Assembly (NCBI GenBank): GCA_050950825.1
Contig: JBMNIH010000004.1
Span: 192,001 to 256,000 of the forward strand
DNA: 64,000 bases
Source: Clostridia bacterium
GTDB taxonomy: Bacteria; Bacillota; Clostridia; JAAYHZ01
Reading direction: 5' to 3'
A program made the translations under genes and the position numbers. This document shows positions 16,284 to 27,022 of the stretch, piece after piece. The notes below the pieces were generated by a model. That model ran no database searches. It was given only the letters and a program-made list of their open reading frames with translations, and was not told the DNA's origin. Positions within the stretch are counted from its first letter, which is position 1. The number at the start of each line of letters is the position of its first letter.

Positions 16284-17732
16284 TTGGAGACGAAGGCAAC
16301 GGGAAAGCGAGTTCTTGCTTTGGACTTGGTGGAAGCCGGCAGCTCTCTGTCTGACGGGGAAGTCAAAAAAGCAAGAGAACATCTGCCTGACGGAATAACC
16401 TCCGGAATGCTTTACAAAGACATCTTACATATCGCCTGGCCGGCGCTGATGGAATTGGCCTTGACGCAGCTGGTTTCCATGGCCGATATGATGATGGTAG
16501 GGGGGCTGGGCCACTGGGCCATATCCGCGGTAGGTTTAACCACACAACCGAAATTTCTGTTAATGACCATATTTATGGCGTTAAATGTAGGTGCAACGGC
16601 TTTGGTTGCAAGGTACAGAGGCGCCGGAGATTCCGAAAAAGCCAATGCTATTCTGCGTCAAGCATTCATAATGACATTCATCGTTTCCTTTGTAAGCTCG
16701 GTTTTAGGATTCATCTTTGCTCGTCCCATGGTAGCATTTATGGGTGCCGAAACGGAACAGACGTTAATCGAAGGCACCGTATATTTAAAAATTCAAATGG
16801 CCGGTTTAACGGTTGTAGGGCTTACCAGCACCATTACCGCTTGCTTAAGAGGTGTGGGCGATTCGAAAACCGCCATGATTTATAACTTGACGGCAAACAT
16901 CGTCAACGTATTTTTTAACTGGCTGTTGATCAACGGTAATATGGGCTTTCCGGCGTTAGGCGTTGCCGGAGCGTCCATCGCTACGGTAATCGGCCAAACC
17001 GTCGCGTTTATCATGGCAATGGTAGTTATCATTCGCGGAAAACGCTTCTTGGCTTTATCTTTTAAAGAAGGCTTCAAGCTGCAGTGGAGTCATATCAAAA
17101 GCATCATAAATATCGGTATCCCTTCCGCCATCGAGCAATTGATCATGAGGGCGGGAATGATTCTCTATACACTCACCGTAACTTCTTTGGGTGATATGGC
17201 TTATGCCATCCACCAAATCGCTTTGAACATATTGGGGATGTCCTTTATGCTCGGTCAAGCGTTTGCCGTTTCCGCCACCTCTTTAACCGGCCAATGCTTA
17301 GGCAAGAAGAGAACGGATATGGCGGAAGCATACGGACGTCGCACCCGTCGGTCGGGCATGATCGTATCCATCGTCATAGGCGTGATCTTCTTTTTCTTCG
17401 GAGGAAGTCTGACTTGGCTGTACAACAAGGATCCCTTTATTGTTGACCAGGGCGCTCAAATCATGCGCTTGGTGGCGTTTATCATACCGTTTCAGACCTC
17501 CCAGTTTATACTGGCAGGAGCTTTAAGAGGAGCGGGAGATACGAGAGCGACGGCCGTAATCTCTTTATTAACCGTTTTGGCCATACGCCCGGGTCTGTCC
17601 TTTGTGTTCATCAACTTCTTGCACTTCGGCGTTCTGGGTGCTTGGTTTGCTTTGGGTGCGGACCAGCTTCTCCGGTCCGTTCTGGTTATTGCACGCTACA
17701 ACTCCGGAAAATGGAAGCATATTAAGGTTTGA
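16284..17732 (+). CDS. MATE-family efflux transporter
   Basis: About 12 TM helices; duplicated LRGVGDSK / LRGAGDTR motifs. Confidence 0.9.
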   Translation: METKATGKRVLALDLVEAGSSLSDGEVKKAREHLPDGITSGMLYKDILHIAWPALMELALTQLVSMADMMMVGGLGHWAISAVGLTTQPKFLLMTIFMALNVGATALVARYRGAGDSEKANAILRQAFIMTFIVSFVSSVLGFIFARPMVAFMGAETEQTLIEGTVYLKIQMAGLTVVGLTSTITACLRGVGDSKTAMIYNLTANIVNVFFNWLLINGNMGFPALGVAGASIATVIGQTVAFIMAMVVIIRGKRFLALSFKEGFKLQWSHIKSIINIGIPSAIEQLIMRAGMILYTLTVTSLGDMAYAIHQIALNILGMSFMLGQAFAVSATSLTGQCLGKKRTDMAEAYGRRTRRSGMIVSIVIGVIFFFFGGSLTWLYNKDPFIVDQGAQIMRLVAFIIPFQTSQFILAGALRGAGDTRATAVISLLTVLAIRPGLSFVFINFLHFGVLGAWFALGADQLLRSVLVIARYNSGKWKHIKV

Positions 17733-18158
17733 TCAGCGGATAACCAAATCGATCCCGTTATCGACCAGGTGCTTGATGTACTCTTCTCGGCAATTGCATT
17801 GGTCATGACAGATGCAAATCACGGTTCCGATATTATCCATGATATCGTGCCGAAGAGCGTCGTATTTGACCTTGACCTTGCCGTGCTGCCGTGTGTAGTA
17901 GTACATGAGTACGGCGGTTGCAATCGATGCGATTAAGGCGATAACGTCCGGATAGGTGATATGAGGAAAAAGCTTTCCGGAGTCTTCGAAGGAAGGAAAA
18001 TAGCGTTGGTGATAACGGACGATCCATAAAAAAGGGATGGCGAAAGCAATCGAAGACAAATACAGCTTTCTTAACAAATCGTCTTTGCTTCTTTTTAATT
18101 CGATGATTTTTTCGCTTTTTTTCTGCATGATAAAACTGATTTGGGATTGGTCGTACAC
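17733..18158 (-). CDS. YpbF/DUF2663-like membrane protein
   Basis: Two TM helices, then KYDALRHDI and CICHDQCNCREEY; GTG start after GAGGAG. Confidence 0.6.
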   Translation of the reverse strand: MYDQSQISFIMQKKSEKIIELKRSKDDLLRKLYLSSIAFAIPFLWIVRYHQRYFPSFEDSGKLFPHITYPDVIALIASIATAVLMYYYTRQHGKVKVKYDALRHDIMDNIGTVICICHDQCNCREEYIKHLVDNGIDLVIR

Positions 18159-18296
18159 GTCAATACTCCTCGGAAGTTACCTCTTGCTACATTCTATTAA
18201 CGATATTGAAGATAAATGACTTTAAGTTTTATTCGGCATTCTTCTCTTTATGACGGAATATATATGGATGAGAGTTTATATCTTAAGGTTTAAACC

Positions 18297-19214
18297 ATGT
18301 CCGTTTCTAAACGTCTGGATGAAGTTTTTGAAAACTGCAAAGAGTTTCTTATCGATGAAAAGTCGAAAATCATATTTTTCAGCGATTGCCATCGCGGAAA
18401 CAACAGTTGGGCCGACAATTTCGCAAGAAATCAAAACGTTTATTTTGCCGCTATGCAGTATTACTTGACCGAAGGCTTCACTTATATCGAAATCGGGGAC
18501 GGAGACGAATTGTGGGAAAACAGAAAATTTTCCGTTATAAGAGAAGCCCACAGCCATGCGTTTTGGCTGCTTTCCAAATTCCATCAAAGAAATCGGTTGA
18601 TCATGATTTACGGCAACCACGATATGAACAAGAAAAGCAAACGTTATTTGAAAAGATGGCTGTATTCCTACACGGACAAACGGACCGGCGAAACGGTCCC
18701 CCTTTTTGAAAATATCGAAACCTACGAAGGAATCGTGTTAAAAATACGAGGCACGGATTACAGGTTTTATGTAACCCATGGACACCAAGGACAGCTTTTT
18801 AACGATAAATACTGGAAGGTGAATCGGTTTTTGGTGCGCTACTTTTGGAAGCCCCTGGAGAACTTAGGATTTATGGATCCTACCGGCCCCGGTAAAAGCT
18901 ACGAAGGCAGAGAGAAAAACGATCAAAACATCATTCGATGGATCGAAAAAAAAGATGGATCCGCCATCATTGCCGGTCACAGCCATCGGCCTTCTTTTCC
19001 GAAAAAGGGAAAACCGTTGTACTTTAACGACGGAAGCTGTGTCCATCCGCGGGCGATAACCGGTATTGAAATATGCGATGGAAAAATATCCTTGGTGAAA
19101 TGGAGTATAAAGACCAAGGACGATTACACCCTTTATATAGGGAAGGACATTTTGGAAGGCCCTGAAAATATCATACAATTATTCAAGCGAAGCGAGGAGG
19201 CCGGATCGAAGTAA
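18297..19214 (+). CDS. Metallophosphoesterase
   Basis: SDCHRG, GDGDELW, GNHD, HGH and GHSH motifs. Confidence 0.88.
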   Translation: MSVSKRLDEVFENCKEFLIDEKSKIIFFSDCHRGNNSWADNFARNQNVYFAAMQYYLTEGFTYIEIGDGDELWENRKFSVIREAHSHAFWLLSKFHQRNRLIMIYGNHDMNKKSKRYLKRWLYSYTDKRTGETVPLFENIETYEGIVLKIRGTDYRFYVTHGHQGQLFNDKYWKVNRFLVRYFWKPLENLGFMDPTGPGKSYEGREKNDQNIIRWIEKKDGSAIIAGHSHRPSFPKKGKPLYFNDGSCVHPRAITGIEICDGKISLVKWSIKTKDDYTLYIGKDILEGPENIIQLFKRSEEAGSK

Positions 19215-20628
19215 GATCCGACCTCCTTGTTTTTAAAAAATTATTTCTTGTACCGGTCTGGGCGTATAACGGACTCGCTTCTTTTTTTGTTGTAAAAATG
19301 ATTCTTAACAATCTACTTTATATTTTAATTACTATAATACTGCAAAACATAGAAAATTAAGGTTGAAAGAGCTACGAGGAGAATGATATCAAAACGTCAG
19401 ATAGACCGTATTGAGGCGAAAGGCAATGAAAAAAAGCAAGACCACGGGTTATTACATAATTTTATTCGCCGTATTTATGACGATGTCATGCAGTCAAAAT
19501 CAAAACGGTATAAAAGATAATCCGGAGCTTATTCAACAGTCACAATACAGGATGACGAGGTGGTTCGGTTTAATCAGGAGCCTTTGGATATCCTGATTTT
19601 CGGATATAATTGGGGCGTTTTAACGCAACCCTTAGATAACATGCCGATAAACCTGGCGAAGCTTTCTCAATTATGCAAGGACGAGTTGGGCTTTGAAATT
19701 CGTATTGCAAAGTGCCGGGATACTATAAATCGGAACAGTTATACAGTAGAGATAGCATCCGGTCGGAGCTTTGATCTTGTATTTCCAAAAAAATTCTTGC
19801 AAATTCAATCGCGATCCGTTGCGGATGATTTTTAGGGCAGGAAGTATCTTGATGACGGAATATATATGGACCTTTCACCCTATTTGGCGCAATTCTGTCC
19901 GGAAGCTATTCTTAATTTTGAACGATATCCGCAAATTAAGAGGCTGTGCACAATAGAAGACAAAATATATGCTATCTATGCCGGGATGCCCGATATTTAC
20001 GCCCCTGCCTTATTTGTTAAAAATGAATTCTTAGAGCAGTATAATATCGAATATATTCATGACTTTGATACTTTGTATAATATTTTGCAGGGTATATACG
20101 CGGACGGCACGGGTATGGAGGACACGGATAAAGTTCTGCTGCACAACGGAAGTAGCTTGCCGGATCTTATTATATGCAGTTCGGGGTGGCGACGATAAAG
20201 CATTACAGGTACTCCGAGGATGGAACCATCGTTCCGGAAAAGAACAATACGATTTACGGTTTTTACAACCTTGTTGCAAACTTTTCAAATAAAGCATTCT
20301 TGTGCGGCAATAAAGGATTCGATATCGGTACGTCATATAGAAATATAACGAACCGTACATTCATTCCGCCGTTTTATGAAATAGCTCCTTGACATCTGAC
20401 GATGTCAGAGACGAACTTTCAAAAATACCATATACCCAAGCCTTGTTGGATTCATGCAATAAAATGATTCAATCTATTTTCGAATCCGGTGAACCGATGT
20501 TACTGCCGTAGTAGAAATAAAGAAAGCAAATATTATTCGGTTCAATGAATTCGGATCCCAATTTTTTTATCGCTTCCGAGGAAGTATTATTGAATATATT
20601 TTATTCACATTTTAGGAATTTAACATAT

Positions 20629-22585
20629 GATTCTACTGCAAAAAGCTCATTCTTACACTCGTAAAATTACACTAATGACATAATAAAATCCAATTTATGG
20701 TATTCAATTGCGATAAACGTCCCGAATTTGGGTATCAGCTACCTCGATTCGATATCAAATCGAGGTAGTTTTCATGTGTTTTTTACCTTTTGCCTAATAA
20801 AAGGCACAATAATCCCTTTTGTTTGTCAAGTTGTTACTTTTGCATATCCGCCTTGCAAAAATTTGATAACTCGTTTTATGTTCTGCGCCATTGATAAGAA
20901 TCCGCATACAACGGTTGATTTAATCAAACCGCGTACCTTCATATTATTCAGTCCTGTGCGTTTCAACGCCGAAACGGTTCCTTCGATTCCCGCTCTCTTA
21001 CTAACGTTTTCCTTCCTGCAAGTGGCTATTTCTTCTCGTTTCCTTGCGGTTTCCATTGCTTTTTCACTGATTCTCACCACACAGTTTTTGTTCTGTTGCT
21101 TGCTGTAGCATCTGTTAAAATGCTCGCATTGCAGACAAACATCTGTTTCGAAGTATGCCACCAATTGTCCTTTCGCTCTAACCGATCGGAAAGGCATATG
21201 ACCCGCAGGGCATTTTTCAATCAATCCCGTTTCTTCTTTTATTTCAAACTCACTCACCGAGATCTTGTCCGACGGCTTCCGTCCGCACATGTCCGTCAAA
21301 TGAATTTGGACATCATTGGCTTCCGCGGCTTTGTAAACATCTTCCGAGTGAAAACCTCCGTCTATGTACATGTCGGTACATCCGGTGTTTTCTTTGACCT
21401 TTCGGATTCGCCCGCTTAATATTTCTTTGTCGCTTACAATGTTGGGCTTAACGGCGTAATCGGTAATCAATTGAACTTTGTTGTCTTTCGAGCAGGTTTC
21501 CGATACCTCAAGTACATAGCCGCTTTGCCCTTTATTGCCTTTCTTTCGATAGGTGGCGTCCTCGTCATAGGCGGATTGAAGCGAATCGGACGAGATTTCT
21601 TTGCTCTTCTTCGGTACAAGGTTACCGTTTTTATCGGTCTCCGACTGTTCTTTGATGAACCGTTCCGGTATGCGAACTTCGTCCGATTCTTTCTTGTCGG
21701 GCAGTTCCTTCAATATCTTGAGAGCTTCCGCGCTCATAGACAAAAGCGTCGTAAGCCTGCTTTCCGTATCGACGGTTCTTACCTTATGCAGCATTTCGGT
21801 TTTGAAATCCTTTTCAAGAACCTTCCCCATTGATTCGGGTCTTTGTTCTTTCGGAATGGCTTTTACCCCTTTCTCCAATACGTCGTAAGCCAATGCCAAT
21901 CGACCCGCTTTCTTGATATTGCTTACGAACATGGTCGTATCGGTTCTTTGTTCGTCGAGCGAGGTTCCCGTCAGTTTCGCAAAATTCCTCAGTAACTCTA
22001 TGAATTGACCGAATAAGAGGTTTTCGTCCTCGGGATGCTCCGTCAAATATTCATATACTCTTTCCCGAAAGTAATACAGCGTTCTTTCCGATATGTAAAT
22101 CTCGCCAAGCGTTTTCCCTCCGACGGCATAAGTCGTTTGATAATCAAGATATAGGGAATCCAAAAGATCTTGATCATTCAGATCTTTCATATACTTGATA
22201 TATTCCAAAGACAGCAATATATTCACAGGTGTATTCGGTCTGCCTGTCTTGCTGTACAATTTCGCAAAAGGTTCTTCGTTGATATGGCAAAATACATGTT
22301 CATAGAATACAGGTGCCCAAGATTTTTTAAATCTTTCGCGTGCTTTTTCATGCATCCAATCGAGACTTGAGAAAATCGGTTGTTGTTTATGTGAATCGTT
22401 TGCTCTGAACATAAAATATATCTCCGGAAAATTCAAAATATGGATTAATGAAACATATCTATTTTACCATAAAACCTGTCTCAAGTCTAGTGTTTTCAAG
22501 TGTTTCGAGGCTTTTTAAGAGCCTTTTATGAAATTTTCTAGGTACATTAATTGTATAGATTTACTTGAGTTTTTGCAGTAGAATC
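20629..22585 (-). mobile_element. IS1182-like insertion sequence
   Basis: Terminal IRs GATTCTACTGCAAAAA(G)CTCA; direct repeat AACATAT at 20622-20628 and 22586-22592 (or a 5-bp ACATA repeat if each end extends 1 bp). Confidence 0.85.
20826..22412 (-). CDS. DDE transposase (IS1182-like)
   Basis: GRPNTPVNILL, RTDTT, DEDATYRKK, YIDGGF, CPAGH..CLQC..C and KRAGIEGT motifs. Confidence 0.88.
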   Translation of the reverse strand: MFRANDSHKQQPIFSSLDWMHEKARERFKKSWAPVFYEHVFCHINEEPFAKLYSKTGRPNTPVNILLSLEYIKYMKDLNDQDLLDSLYLDYQTTYAVGGKTLGEIYISERTLYYFRERVYEYLTEHPEDENLLFGQFIELLRNFAKLTGTSLDEQRTDTTMFVSNIKKAGRLALAYDVLEKGVKAIPKEQRPESMGKVLEKDFKTEMLHKVRTVDTESRLTTLLSMSAEALKILKELPDKKESDEVRIPERFIKEQSETDKNGNLVPKKSKEISSDSLQSAYDEDATYRKKGNKGQSGYVLEVSETCSKDNKVQLITDYAVKPNIVSDKEILSGRIRKVKENTGCTDMYIDGGFHSEDVYKAAEANDVQIHLTDMCGRKPSDKISVSEFEIKEETGLIEKCPAGHMPFRSVRAKGQLVAYFETDVCLQCEHFNRCYSKQQNKNCVVRISEKAMETARKREEIATCRKENVSKRAGIEGTVSALKRTGLNNMKVRGLIKSTVVCGFLSMAQNIKRVIKFLQGGYAKVTT

Positions 22586-22619
22586 AACATATACTTTATC
22601 GGAAGTATATTCGATAAGT

Positions 22620-22668
22620 AATCCGCTGTAATATGCATGAATAGCGGATTACAGCGGATATGTTTTTT
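22620..22668 (+). terminator. Hairpin terminator after the lipoprotein pseudogene
   Basis: ATCCGCTGTAAT..ATTACAGCGGAT followed by a T-run. Confidence 0.6.
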
Positions 22669-22989
22669 ACCTATATTGTAGTATTATATGGCTTTTTTTG
22701 CTTTTCCAAAAACATTCTCCTTGCTTTCAAGAAAGGGCTCAATTGCAAAAGTAAAATCTAGTTTGCAGAAGTAAGTTCTGTAGAAAAGTTAAAAAATACA
22801 ATGCAGTTATGTTTTTAGTGCTTAAATAGTGGTAAAATTAAGGGGAAGTTAGGTATATAGGCTAAAGTTGGGTATAGCAAACATAAGGTAGAATGAAGTC
22901 GCAGTTTTTCGCAATACTAAATTCTACCCCTCTAGGATGAGGTGATTAGATGATGTTGTATCTCGGCAAGCATTCGGTGTTACTGTTTT

Positions 22990-23181
22990 TTAGTAATCAA
23001 TCGCCGAATCCGTTGGATTGAGAATTGATTGGATTTCGGCTAATTGGTTCTTCAGCAAATCCCGCTCTTCACGGAGCCGGTAGATGCTTTCCAATAGGTA
23101 TTCAATGTATTCATCGGCTGAAAGAGGTATTGAGTTACCGTATTCATCAAAGAGAACATCATGATAAATCTTTTTCATCAT
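22990..23181 (-). CDS. Small accessory coiled-coil protein of IS30 copy 2
   Basis: Same protein as 1816-2007. Confidence 0.6.
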   Translation of the reverse strand: MMKKIYHDVLFDEYGNSIPLSADEYIEYLLESIYRLREERDLLKNQLAEIQSILNPTDSAIDY

Positions 23182-24487
23182 CAGACACCTCTTTCGATGA
23201 CTTAAGCAAAGCCGGAGTGAGCGTAACCTCATCCGCCGGAATTTCCTTAAGACCTAATTTTTGGAGAACCATTTCTCCATAAAAGAAGCTGAATACAGCA
23301 ATAGGGGGCTTGTCATTCAGCTTTTTTCTTATCAGTGAATTGATATGATTGGCCAAAAGATCAACAGAGCTTTGAGATAAACCATCAAAGGATGTTCCTC
23401 TAGGTAGAATCATGCGGATGTATTCGTGATTTCGTTCGATTTCCGCTTTTTGATGCGGAGAAGATTTTTCACAGTAAAATATTCTTGTTCGCAAGTTGCC
23501 AAAAGAATCATACTCGATGGCTGTCGGATTGGTGAACTCAGATCCGTTATCACTGAGTATGACCGGAAACAATCTCATAAAATCCTCTCTGCCGAGCAAC
23601 CGGTCCAAGTAATTAAAAATATCGATGACCGATTGCGAAGTATTGTGATCTCTCAGGAAAATCAACATCAAGTCCGACCGAGTAAAGAATATCGTCAATA
23701 GAACTTTTCCACCTTTCTTTCCTTCGACCGTGTCCATCTGTACTACCGGAATATCAGGATGTTCTTCCATATACTTTTGAAAGTCCTGATAGGTACGTCC
23801 GATACGACAACGTTTGTCTACTTTGAAAGTCAATTCGCGGCGTCGGGGTCGATATCTTACCTTTCGAGGCAGATCAATATTACGAATGGACAGAACGCCT
23901 TGGTCGATCAGTTTGTAAATCGTTCGTTCACTGCACAGGATTTTATTGGCTTGAGATACACAAATATGATGGATGGATTGCTTCTTTTTCACCAAAGGGG
24001 CGAGAAGTTCATCCATATACGCAAGCTCGTCTTCCGAAAAAGAAATACCCGTTCGGCTGTCGACCAAATTCTGCCGATAGCTGTCGTTGGCGGGGATAGC
24101 ACGATAGAAATATTTGGACAATACACATATATCCTTTTGATTGCATCCGTTGCAGACATAAGGCGGCTTGGAAAGCTTCGGACAATGTTCTTCTTGGAAG
24201 TTGGAACATAACCTGTTGCACTTTTTGCAGAGTCTGCAAAATGATTTGCTGCAAGACATGTCGTCGCATAAGCCAAAGGTAGTGCAAGAGAATCTATGAA
24301 TGCATCTATTAGGGGTACGTCCGCCGGAACCCGTAAATATCGGAACCCGATTTTTACGTATTTCTTTGGAAATTGTGGAAGGATCCTTGTCCAGATGGAG
24401 GGCTATCTGACGAAAAGAAAGCCCGTTATTCAAACCGGTATGTATGAAATTACGGTCGTCAAGGGTTAAATGTTTGTTATTTGGCAT
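23159..24487 (-). CDS. IS30-family transposase
   Basis: Same protein as 1985-3313. Confidence 0.93.
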   Translation of the reverse strand: MPNNKHLTLDDRNFIHTGLNNGLSFRQIALHLDKDPSTISKEIRKNRVPIFTGSGGRTPNRCIHRFSCTTFGLCDDMSCSKSFCRLCKKCNRLCSNFQEEHCPKLSKPPYVCNGCNQKDICVLSKYFYRAIPANDSYRQNLVDSRTGISFSEDELAYMDELLAPLVKKKQSIHHICVSQANKILCSERTIYKLIDQGVLSIRNIDLPRKVRYRPRRRELTFKVDKRCRIGRTYQDFQKYMEEHPDIPVVQMDTVEGKKGGKVLLTIFFTRSDLMLIFLRDHNTSQSVIDIFNYLDRLLGREDFMRLFPVILSDNGSEFTNPTAIEYDSFGNLRTRIFYCEKSSPHQKAEIERNHEYIRMILPRGTSFDGLSQSSVDLLANHINSLIRKKLNDKPPIAVFSFFYGEMVLQKLGLKEIPADEVTLTPALLKSSKEVSDDEKDLS

Positions 24488-24820
24488 GACTAGCGCTCCT
24501 TTCAAACACCGGCTTGCCGAGAAACAATAACACCACATAAATAAAATTATACTGTTGAATTCACAAGATGTAAGTACAGAAATGAAGATCTGTGGAATAT
24601 AAAAAGTGTTTGTCTTATGGAGAATGTCAGTAAAGCTATCCAACCTTATGTCTATCGATAAATCAGGCAATAAATCCGAGGACATGATAAAATGATATTT
24701 GTAAGGTTAATTTCTACATGTAGATTTGCAGGTTTAAGTTCTATAATTGTGGCACTAAGGGTAGAATTTAATTTTGCAATTCACACTTTCAAGAAAGGTA
24801 TATAATTATAGCATTCTTTG

Positions 24821-24850
24821 TTGACGAGCATAATTATACTTTGCTATAAT
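24821..24850 (+). promoter_or_regulatory. SigA promoter for SBP copy 1
   Basis: TTGACG-18-TATAAT with an extended -10 TG. Confidence 0.7.
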
Positions 24851-24988
24851 TGCGATATGTTATTGAAAAAAACGTGCCGGATATGTGATATTCGGTTGTG
24901 ACCTTGTTAGATAAGAATTGCATCTGCTTTTTTACGGCGGATGTAAATTCAATAGATATATTAACCATTTATAAGGAGGTACTATTTT

Positions 24989-26926
24989 ATGTCTAGGCAC
25001 GTAATACGACTTATTAGTATGGTCGTGCTATTTGGTGTGATGTTTTCTATGATTGCTTGTTCCAGTTCGACGGAGCAGCCGCAAGCGACAACGACAACGA
25101 CTGCAGCGGCTACGACAACAAAAGCCGTTACAACCACGGCGGGCCAAGCGACAACGACAGCGGCTGCGACAACTACCCAAGCCGTAGAAGCCAATCCCTT
25201 TGCCGAATTCTTTGAAATCACGTGGATCGCTACGATCACAACGGATTACCAAGAAGGCGGATTCGATGAAAAGATGTTAGAAGAAAGATATAACATCGAC
25301 TTGAAACCTTGGGCTATCAGTACGTACGATCCGGAAGGAATCGCCATGATGTTGGCGGCAGGTGATATGCCCGATATCAGCCACTTGGACCACTCTCCCT
25401 TAGCGCCCCCCGCGTTGTACGAGCAAGGACTTACTCGTCTGATCAACATCGAAATGTATAAAAAATATTTCCCCTACTATTATGAATTGATGTTGCAGAA
25501 CGAACCGACTTCGATTATTCATAACAACTGCAGAAACGAAGACGGCAGCTTGTCCGACAACTTCTATGGAGTTTCCTATGTTGTAGACAACAAATGGTAT
25601 TATAACGTTCCCTTGGCTCGTTACGACTGGTTGGAAAACATCGGATTCAGCATCGACGAAAGCTTGCTGACCCCGATCCAGTTGACCGACGAAAAACTGG
25701 GTAAATACAGCGGACAAGTGTACATAACCAGTTATATTTGGAGCTTCGAAGATATGAACGAAATCTTCAGAGCTTTCACCGAAGACGACCCGGACGGAAA
25801 CGGTGAAGACGATACCTACGGCGGTGTCATATTTGACCACAGCTTTAAATCTCACTGGACGGATCTTTGGTGGGGACAATTCGGTGTCGTTTCCTCCGAC
25901 GGAAACTTCCTGTATGAAGACCCCATCACGGGCGACATCGTTCCTTGGTACGCTTATGTCGGAACCCGCGATTACATGAAGTGGGTTGTTGACATGAGAG
26001 ACAAAGGATATTTGAGAACCCTGCCGGAAGGATTCCAGAGCTTGGCGCCGCAAGGTTCTTGGTATGACAACCTGTTGGCGAACTGGATGACCGGTAAGAT
26101 CGGATACTTCTTCTGCGACAGACAATACATCTGCAGACCGGACTTCCCCGAATACTCCGACAGACAACCGCCGCAGAGCATCTGGCTCAATGCAGGTGAC
26201 GAAAATGCGACCTTCGTAACATGGCCGGTATTAGGAAACGCTTACGGTTGGGAACCGAACAACAAGTGGGGAACGAGAAGATACAATCTTGACGCTTTCG
26301 GATCGGGTACCTTCAGAACCTGGTTGGTAGGAAAACAAGTTTCCGATGAAAAGCTCGCTCGCGTTTTGACCATGTGGAATGACGCCAACTCTTCTCCTAT
26401 CGACGATCCTTACTGGTCGGTTGTACGTTTCGGTATTGAAGGCGTTCACTACAAGTGGACAGGCGAACCTTGGAACTCCAGCCGAATCACCACCGAAGCG
26501 ACCAAGATTCCTCCGCACTACAGAAGCTACGGCGGATTCATCGGAATATTCAGCTCCGGCGGACCGAACTTAATCGGTAACGAAGCTATGTCTCAATACA
26601 CAAAGATCCTGTACAGCGAAGAATGGTACAAATACTACTGTATCGAACCGATCAAGTACTGGAGCTCCGCATATGTTCCCGACGATATGATGAAGGAATT
26701 CAATGATTACTGGGCTACAATCAGTGCCGATATCAACAATATCATTGCCGACTTCCGCAATCGTTCTTGGAACGGACAGATCGCCAACTACGAAACCGAA
26801 TGGGAACAATACATCAACCGCTTATATGATGCAGGTCTTGACAAGCTTGTTGAAAACTTCTACAACAACGACAAATTTGCATACTACAAGACTCCCGACT
26901 TGGATATCATTTGGCCGACGAAATAA
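24989..26926 (+). CDS. Extracellular solute-binding lipoprotein (carbohydrate ABC type), paralogue 1
   Basis: Lipobox MIAC, Thr/Ala-rich linker, LAAGDMPD, ARYDWLE, FTEDDPDGNGEDDTYG and FGIEGVHY motifs. Confidence 0.85.
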   Translation: MSRHVIRLISMVVLFGVMFSMIACSSSTEQPQATTTTTAAATTTKAVTTTAGQATTTAAATTTQAVEANPFAEFFEITWIATITTDYQEGGFDEKMLEERYNIDLKPWAISTYDPEGIAMMLAAGDMPDISHLDHSPLAPPALYEQGLTRLINIEMYKKYFPYYYELMLQNEPTSIIHNNCRNEDGSLSDNFYGVSYVVDNKWYYNVPLARYDWLENIGFSIDESLLTPIQLTDEKLGKYSGQVYITSYIWSFEDMNEIFRAFTEDDPDGNGEDDTYGGVIFDHSFKSHWTDLWWGQFGVVSSDGNFLYEDPITGDIVPWYAYVGTRDYMKWVVDMRDKGYLRTLPEGFQSLAPQGSWYDNLLANWMTGKIGYFFCDRQYICRPDFPEYSDRQPPQSIWLNAGDENATFVTWPVLGNAYGWEPNNKWGTRRYNLDAFGSGTFRTWLVGKQVSDEKLARVLTMWNDANSSPIDDPYWSVVRFGIEGVHYKWTGEPWNSSRITTEATKIPPHYRSYGGFIGIFSSGGPNLIGNEAMSQYTKILYSEEWYKYYCIEPIKYWSSAYVPDDMMKEFNDYWATISADINNIIADFRNRSWNGQIANYETEWEQYINRLYDAGLDKLVENFYNNDKFAYYKTPDLDIIWPTK

Positions 26927-26945
26927 TGAAGTATAAGAAGTGAAG

Positions 26946-26987
26946 AAAAGCCGTACCGGAGACAACTCTCCGCCGTACGGCTTTTTT
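26946..26987 (+). terminator. Intrinsic terminator
   Basis: AAAAGCCGTAC..GTACGGCTTTTTT. Confidence 0.8.
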
Positions 26988-27022
26988 AATGCTTTTTGAG
27001 TAGGAGCCGGCGAAAAACAAAA

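Larger units (their letters stand above)
19426..22617 (+). pseudogene. Degraded extracellular solute-binding lipoprotein, probably interrupted by the IS1182-like element
   Basis: Lipobox MSC, frameshifts, in-frame TAG at 19833-19835, SBP-like YMDLSPYL..DKIYAI; 3' limit uncertain. Confidence 0.6.
22737..24785 (-). mobile_element. IS30-family insertion sequence, copy 2
   Basis: Matches 1563-3611 (offset 21174); 13-bp direct repeat CTTTCAAGAAAGG at 22724-22736 and 24786-24798. Confidence 0.92.

Noticed and set aside
1563-24785. Composite transposon bounded by the two IS30 copies
   Set aside because: Each copy has its own distinct 13-bp TSD, so they inserted independently; the 19 kb between them is only a potential deletion substrate
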